Below, piece after piece: positions 58,353 to 64,000 of a DNA stretch of 64,000 bases. This stretch comes from a virus, in IMG/VR virus record IMGVR_UViG_3300017971_000272, positions 9,817 through 73,816 of that record, one strand, 5' to 3'. The number at the start of each line of letters is the position of its first letter. Within the stretch, counting starts at the first letter, position 1. A program made the translations under genes and the position numbers. The notes under the pieces were generated by a model. It had not been told where the DNA came from. It searched no databases and was given only the letters and a program-made list of their open reading frames with translations.

Positions 58353-59606
58353 ATGTATTTTTTTAATAAACAAGATATAGGGCATTTAGGAAGTGAAATC
58401 TCCAAAGTACAGAACTGTAAATCATGTGGTCTATATAAGAACTGTATTTCTCCAAAGATGAAACCAACAGGAAAAGGAAAAAAGAAGATTCTTATTATTG
58501 GAGAAGCACCTGGAAAAAATGAAGATAAAAAAGGCATACAACTTATAGGACAATCAGGACAGTTATTAAGAGAAGTGTTAAAAGATTTAAACATAGATCT
58601 TGATAGAGACTGTATAAAAACTAATAGCATAATATGCAGACCTCCCAAAAACAAAACAGCAAATAAAAAACAAGTGGCTGCTTGCAGACAAAATGTTTGG
58701 AGATGTATTAAGGAAAACAAGCCTAAATTAATAATCTTACTTGGAGGTATAGCTGTTCAATCTTTTCTTGATGATAGATGGGATAAGGATTTGGGAGGTA
58801 TAAATAAATGGAGAGGATTCCTTATTCCAGATAGAAAAGCTGATTGTTGGATCATGTCCACATATCATCCATCATATGTTTTAAAAAATGAACATAAGGA
58901 AATAGTATATAAAACGTTTAAAAATGACATTAAAAAAGCAATTAAAAACAGAAATAAAAAAATAAAATATGATAAAAACGAACTTTCTAAAGTTGAAGTA
59001 ATAACTGATGAATCACTGCTTACACATAGATTGAAAGCATTTATTGCTTTACAACCTGAAATAACCGATTTACTTGCTATAGATTACGAAACATCAGGAT
59101 TAAAACCATATGCTGAGGGTCACTATATACATACCTGTTCATTAAGCTATGGTCCGGATCATGCCCTATCTTTTCCAATGCCCAATAAAAAAAGCAAGGC
59201 TTTTAAACTATATAAAAAAATTATTACTAATAAAAACTTAAAAAAAACTGGACATAATATCAAATTTGAAGATGTATGGTCCAATACCATTCATAATATT
59301 CAAATACAGAATTGGTATTGGGATAGTATGCTTGCTGCTCACTTAATTGATGGCAGAAGTAAAATAACATCTCTTGATTTTCAAGCCTATATTAATTTTG
59401 GCATTACTCCATATTCGGGTAAAATTAAAAAATATCTACTAAGTAATGATAAAAATGCAAACTCTTTTAATACCATCAATAAAGCGCCTATAAGGGATTT
59501 ACTGCTTTATGGTGGACAGGATACTATGTATCAGTTCAGACTTGCTATAAAACAGATGAAAATTGTTGGATATGATATTCCAAAATATCTTAAAAGGACT
59601 GTATAA
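58353..59606 (+). CDS. Family-4 uracil-DNA glycosylase fused to PolA-type 3'-5' exonuclease
   Basis: CKSC, GEAPG, ICRPP, YHPS (UDG4); DYETSGL, GHNIKFE, DSML, YGGQD (Exo I-III). Confidence 0.88.
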   Translation: MYFFNKQDIGHLGSEISKVQNCKSCGLYKNCISPKMKPTGKGKKKILIIGEAPGKNEDKKGIQLIGQSGQLLREVLKDLNIDLDRDCIKTNSIICRPPKNKTANKKQVAACRQNVWRCIKENKPKLIILLGGIAVQSFLDDRWDKDLGGINKWRGFLIPDRKADCWIMSTYHPSYVLKNEHKEIVYKTFKNDIKKAIKNRNKKIKYDKNELSKVEVITDESLLTHRLKAFIALQPEITDLLAIDYETSGLKPYAEGHYIHTCSLSYGPDHALSFPMPNKKSKAFKLYKKIITNKNLKKTGHNIKFEDVWSNTIHNIQIQNWYWDSMLAAHLIDGRSKITSLDFQAYINFGITPYSGKIKKYLLSNDKNANSFNTINKAPIRDLLLYGGQDTMYQFRLAIKQMKIVGYDIPKYLKRTV

Positions 59607-61003
59607 TGAAACTGTCTGCAAAATCAAAACATGCTTATAAACTGTTACATGATGGTGCTTTATCTCTTAGTCAAGTGCAAAGAAACGGTATTGGTATCGA
59701 TATGAAATACTGTAAAAGAAAAGATAAAGAGTTACAAAGAAAAATAGAAAGCATTGAACATAAAGTTTTTAAAAGTGATGAAGTGAAGTTGTGGAAAAAA
59801 GAATATAAAAAAGATTTTAATTTTGATTCTAACACACAGCTTGGAGATATTCTGTATAATCATTTAAAGATTGAAGCTAAAAAACATACCGATAAAGGTA
59901 ATCCATCAGTAGATCAAGAAGCACTGGAAATGCTTGATTTCCATTTAGTAAAAGATATTCTTCAATTACGTAAATATAAAAAAATGAAGAATACTTTTTT
60001 AGCTGGCATCATAAGAGAAAGCAATTATTATAAAGATCAAGATGCATGGCTACTTCAACCTTTTTTTAATTTGCATACTGTCAGCACTTGGAGAAGTTCA
60101 TCACAAAATGTAAATTTTCAAAATCAACCTATACGTGATGAAGAAATGGGGCCTGGAATCAGAACGGCTTTTATCCCAAGAAAAGACAGGCATCTTGTTG
60201 AAGTGGATTATGGAGGCATAGAAGTATGCATATCTGCATGTTATCATAAAGATCCTACAATGATTCAGTATATTAAAGATCCTACTAAGGATATGCATAG
60301 AGATATGGCTATGCAATGTTATATATTGGATCAAAATCAATGGACTAAAAACACAAGATACTGTGCTAAAAATAAGTTTGTATTTCCTCAGTTTTATGGC
60401 GATAGCTGGTATGCTTGTTCTCAGAATCTTTGGGATTCAATAGCCACTATGAAATTAAAAACCAAAGATAATGTGCCTTTAAAAAAACATCTCAAGTCCA
60501 AAGGAATAAAAAAATTCAGTGATTTTCAAAAGCATATTAAAGATGTAGAACATGATTTTTGGTATAATCGTTTTGCTGTTTATCAGCAATGGAAAGAAGA
60601 TCACTTTGATAATTACATAGAGAATGGATACTTTGATTTACATACTGGTTTTAGATGTTTTGAACCACTTGATAGGAATAAAGTAATTAATTATCCAGTG
60701 CAGGGAGCTGCTTTCCATTGCCTTTTAAAATCATTAATTATCATTCAAAAATGGCTTATCAACTACAAGATGAAAACAAAAATAGTAGGTCAGATACATG
60801 ATTCTATTATTTTTGATGCTCATCCAAAAGAACTTGATGCTGTTTTAGTCAAATGCAAAGAAGTAATGTGTGAAAGAATTCCAAGAATATGGAAATGGAT
60901 TAATGTACCACTTACTATTGAAGCTGAAATAACTCCCATCAATGGTTCATGGAATAAGAAAAAAGAAATCCCAATCCCGGTAATTAAAAGAAGAGCTGCA
61001 TAA
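59606..61003 (+). CDS. polA: DNA polymerase A, polymerase domain only
   Basis: TWRSSSQNVNFQNQP, DYGGIE (motif A), RYCAK...F...YG (B), NYPVQG, QIHDS (C). Confidence 0.92.
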   Translation: MKLSAKSKHAYKLLHDGALSLSQVQRNGIGIDMKYCKRKDKELQRKIESIEHKVFKSDEVKLWKKEYKKDFNFDSNTQLGDILYNHLKIEAKKHTDKGNPSVDQEALEMLDFHLVKDILQLRKYKKMKNTFLAGIIRESNYYKDQDAWLLQPFFNLHTVSTWRSSSQNVNFQNQPIRDEEMGPGIRTAFIPRKDRHLVEVDYGGIEVCISACYHKDPTMIQYIKDPTKDMHRDMAMQCYILDQNQWTKNTRYCAKNKFVFPQFYGDSWYACSQNLWDSIATMKLKTKDNVPLKKHLKSKGIKKFSDFQKHIKDVEHDFWYNRFAVYQQWKEDHFDNYIENGYFDLHTGFRCFEPLDRNKVINYPVQGAAFHCLLKSLIIIQKWLINYKMKTKIVGQIHDSIIFDAHPKELDAVLVKCKEVMCERIPRIWKWINVPLTIEAEITPINGSWNKKKEIPIPVIKRRAA

Positions 61004-61012
61004 TAATAGACA

Positions 61013-62428
61013 ATGAATAGTTTTGAAATAAAAACTAAAGTACTCATGTATTGGAGATATGCTCGTGCATATGCCTATATCTCAACAGAGACAGGTCGTT
61101 TTTATGCTGATGTTTTAGTATCTAACGGTAAAAATATAATTGAAATAGAAGTTAAAACCTCATATTCAGATTTAAAAAATGATTTTAAAAAAAGAAAACA
61201 TAAATTTTATAGAACAGAATATTCAATAGGAGTACCAAATAAATTTTATTTTGCTGTACCTGAAAATTTAGTTGAAAAAACTAAGGAGCTAACTAAAAAC
61301 ACTCCATATGGAATTATAAAAGTATTGGAAGGAAATTTCACAAAAGATAAATGTGAAATTATTCAATCAGCTAAATTTTTACATAAAAATTTTAGCAATT
61401 CTGTTTTGAATGAAATAATAAAAAGAATGTCCAGCGAAATATGTATATTAAGATATACAAATAATAAATCTTCAAATACAAGGAGAAACAATATGCCATT
61501 ACAAATAGATTACAGGCCAAGTAGTTTTGATGAGTTTTATGGCAATGAGGAATTGATTGAAAATATACAAGCCAATTTAAAAAGAGATGATGTTAACCAT
61601 ATAATGCTGTTTACAGGACTATCAGGAGGAGGCAAGACCACATTAGCGCGTATAGTTGCATCAGAGTTGGGGGCTTATAATCATGAATTATCTGAACAAC
61701 AAAATGTAGATTATTATGAATATAATAGTGCTGATGCAAGAGGTATAGATACATTTAGGCAAATTAGAAAACAAATCAGATTATCTCCAAAGAAGGGTAA
61801 ATATAGTGTTTATGTATTGGAAGAATGCCATCAGATTACAGGGGATAGTATGGAGATGTTGTTAAAAATGACAGAACCATTGCCTGATCATGTATTTTTT
61901 ATTCTCACCACTACTAATCCAGAAAAATTAAAAATAACATTAAAACGTAGATGTACAGTTTATGAAGTACAACCATGTGATGATGATCAATTAAAAGAGC
62001 TAATAGAATCTATAGCAGAATCAGAAAGTAAAAAAATACCAAAAGATGTTCTCAATCAGATAGTATCTGATAGCATTGGTTCACCTGGAGTTGCTATGAG
62101 TATACTGGATAAGATAATCCATATACCTAAAAAATCTATGCTTAAGATGGCAAAACAAGAAGCAGCTAAACAGAATCAAATCATCGATCTATGTAGAAAA
62201 CTTATTCAAAGACCTAAATGGAAACAGATTCTTCCCATATTAAATGATTTAAAAAAAGAAAATCCTGAATCAATAAGAAGATCCATACTTGCATATTTCA
62301 CAAGCTTGTTACTTAAAAAAGATGATGCGAATGCCTACATAATGCTCGATTGTTTTTCTGATAATACATATGATGATGGTTTTTCAGGTATTGTTAGGAT
62401 GTGTTATGAAGCCCTTCAGAATGATTAA
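61013..62428 (+). CDS. dnaX: PD-(D/E)XK (MmcB-like) nuclease in frame with DnaX-like clamp loader (internal start 61493)
   Basis: ADVL...EIEVKTSYSD...FYFAVP; then YRPSSFDEFYGNE, GLSGGGKTT, LEECH, TTNPEKL. Confidence 0.82.
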   Translation: MNSFEIKTKVLMYWRYARAYAYISTETGRFYADVLVSNGKNIIEIEVKTSYSDLKNDFKKRKHKFYRTEYSIGVPNKFYFAVPENLVEKTKELTKNTPYGIIKVLEGNFTKDKCEIIQSAKFLHKNFSNSVLNEIIKRMSSEICILRYTNNKSSNTRRNNMPLQIDYRPSSFDEFYGNEELIENIQANLKRDDVNHIMLFTGLSGGGKTTLARIVASELGAYNHELSEQQNVDYYEYNSADARGIDTFRQIRKQIRLSPKKGKYSVYVLEECHQITGDSMEMLLKMTEPLPDHVFFILTTTNPEKLKITLKRRCTVYEVQPCDDDQLKELIESIAESESKKIPKDVLNQIVSDSIGSPGVAMSILDKIIHIPKKSMLKMAKQEAAKQNQIIDLCRKLIQRPKWKQILPILNDLKKENPESIRRSILAYFTSLLLKKDDANAYIMLDCFSDNTYDDGFSGIVRMCYEALQND

Positions 62429-62470
62429 ACTCAACCTTTTTTTTATATTTTTTTATATTTTTATTTTTTA

Positions 62471-62499
62471 TTGATTTTTTTAATTTTATATATTATTAT
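62471..62499 (+). promoter_or_regulatory. Putative promoter
   Basis: TTGATT-17-TATTAT in AT-rich gap. Confidence 0.4.
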
Positions 62500-62536
62500 A
62501 TTGTTTAAAACTCAATAACAAAAAAGGATATTAAAT

Positions 62537-63043
62537 ATGGATTATGAAGATATAAATTTTGAAAAAGATATGGAGATAGATCCACATAGTCTGGATTTGG
62601 AATTGTTGAATCATTCCAAAATAGCTACTAAATACATATCCATTGCTAAACAATATAGTAAGATAGCTAAAAGAGCCTATGAAAAGGTAAAAACTATACG
62701 ATCGGAATTAACATTAGAAGCTGCTGCTGAGGGCATAACTTATAAAGGAACTACTGTAAAAGCTACCACACAAACCATAGAGGCTTATTACAGGAATCAT
62801 CCATCATATAAAAAAGCTGTTAAAGATATGCTAAATAAACAACATGAAGCAGAAGTTCTTGAAAGTATTGTTTTTACCATTAAAGATAGAAAAGAGTGCT
62901 TGTCTGAATTGCAGCATTTAATGTTTCAAGAGTATTTCAGCACTCCAAAGGAGCCAAGGGATATAACAAGAAAATTTAACAAGAGAGTCAGAACAGTAGC
63001 ATCTAAATTAAAAAAGGAGAAAAAGAATGGCAAAAAAAAGTAA
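62537..63043 (+). CDS. UvsY-like recombination mediator
   Basis: DMEIDPHSLD, long helix, IEAYYRNHPSY; next to SSB. Confidence 0.55.
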   Translation: MDYEDINFEKDMEIDPHSLDLELLNHSKIATKYISIAKQYSKIAKRAYEKVKTIRSELTLEAAAEGITYKGTTVKATTQTIEAYYRNHPSYKKAVKDMLNKQHEAEVLESIVFTIKDRKECLSELQHLMFQEYFSTPKEPRDITRKFNKRVRTVASKLKKEKKNGKKK

Positions 63044-64000
63044 AAAAAGAAAATCAATCAGAGATAAAGTTAAAAAAAGAGCTGAAAATAGGAGTTTTTC
63101 TGGAGGCGGTACTCTGTTTGATTTTGCAGGTAAAGAAGTATCCATGTTTAAACCTAAAAAAGGTGTTAATAAAATAGATATTCTTCCTTATGAAATATCA
63201 GTTAAAAATCATCCTGAAGCTGATCCCGGAGAGTTATGGTATCAAAGAACTATTTGGGTACATTTCAATATAGGAACAGATGAAAAACCATACCTTTGTC
63301 CAAAAACTATCAATAAAAAATGTCCCATCTGTGAACATCGTGTTGAGCTAATGAAAAACCCTGATGCGGATGAAGATGATATTAAAGCACTTAAACCTAA
63401 AGAACGTGAAATATATAATATCAGAAATTTGTCAGATGATAAAAAACTGATGCTATGGGAAGTTAGTTATCATAACTTTGGAAGATCTCTTGAAGAAGAA
63501 ATTAGAGAAGGAGAAGAAGAATATAGTGCTTTTGCTGATTTAGATGGAGGCTATACACTTAAAATTCGTTTTGCAGAAGAGACAATGGGCAAGAATAAGT
63601 TTTTAAAAGCATCCAGGATTGACTTTATTGATCGTAAAGACCTGCCAGAAAGTATTTTAAAAAATGTCATTGATCTTGATGAAATTCTAAAAGTACTAAA
63701 ATACAAAGAACTTAAAAATATATTTTTAGAAATGGAATCTGATGACAATGAGGATGACAATGAGGATGTTAAAAAAACAGATGATTCCTCAGATGACAAT
63801 GATGATGACAATGATGATGACAATGATGATGATCAAGATGATGATCAAGATGATGATCAAGATGATGATCAAGATGATGACGAAGATGAAGATGATGAAG
63901 ATGATGAAGATGATGAAGATGATGACGACGACGATGATGATCAAGATGATGACGACAATGATGACGAAGATGAAAATGAAAATGAAAATGATGAAGATGA
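63027..64000 (+). CDS. gp32-like ssDNA-binding protein with long acidic tail (runs off right edge)
   Basis: Not on the ORF track. ATG 63027 after AGGAG: FKPKKGVNKIDILPY...WVHFNIG...YLCPK...CPICE...FADLDGGYTLKIRF, then D/E/N/Q repeats. Confidence 0.8.
   Translation, partial: MAKKSKKRKSIRDKVKKRAENRSFSGGGTLFDFAGKEVSMFKPKKGVNKIDILPYEISVKNHPEADPGELWYQRTIWVHFNIGTDEKPYLCPKTINKKCPICEHRVELMKNPDADEDDIKALKPKEREIYNIRNLSDDKKLMLWEVSYHNFGRSLEEEIREGEEEYSAFADLDGGYTLKIRFAEETMGKNKFLKASRIDFIDRKDLPESILKNVIDLDEILKVLKYKELKNIFLEMESDDNEDDNEDVKKTDDSSDDNDDDNDDDNDDDQDDDQDDDQDDDQDDDEDEDDEDDEDDEDDDDDDDDQDDDDNDDEDENENENDED

Noticed and set aside
1-64000. Genome-wide UGA reassignment (code 4/25)
   Set aside because: Many genes end at TGA with proper overlaps (e.g. 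6898, 55194), Trp is TGG, and long genes are uninterrupted; I found only one suspicious in-frame UGA.

Overview
AT-rich segment of a tailed dsDNA phage genome (siphovirus-like; no integrase, rRNA, tRNA or CRISPR seen). From 1 to about 53.2 kb genes run on the minus strand. Read right to left these are: early/replication genes (SNF2 helicase, primase, two wHTH initiator-like paralogues, DnaB-like helicase, queD, queE), packaging (terS, terL, portal, MuF minor head), scaffold, capsid, decoration, putative head fibres, an accessory metal/sensor block with bacterioferritin, lysis, head-tail and tail genes, and a tape measure that runs off the left edge. From 53.37 kb genes run on the plus strand: histone-like protein, nitrilase-family enzyme, folE, DpdA-like transglycosylase, beta clamp, split UDG-exonuclease/PolA polymerase, nuclease-DnaX, UvsY-like protein, and a gp32-like SSB that runs off the right edge. 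Most striking observations: (1) an Ala1 intein in the MuF head protein whose central region is the in-register antisense strand of a complete, RBS-bearing HTH + Vsr/DUF559-like endonuclease gene; (2) an in-frame UGA followed by a stem-loop, which would extend a Cys/His-rich protein next to bacterioferritin by 180 aa containing three metal-binding-like repeats; (3) a 7-deazaguanine DNA-modification set with a nitrilase-family gene and no queC in the window; (4) several RNA-level control elements (an attenuator-like leader of the rep genes, anti-SD leaders, strong-SD minigenes). All protein calls come from motifs recognised by eye, not database searches.
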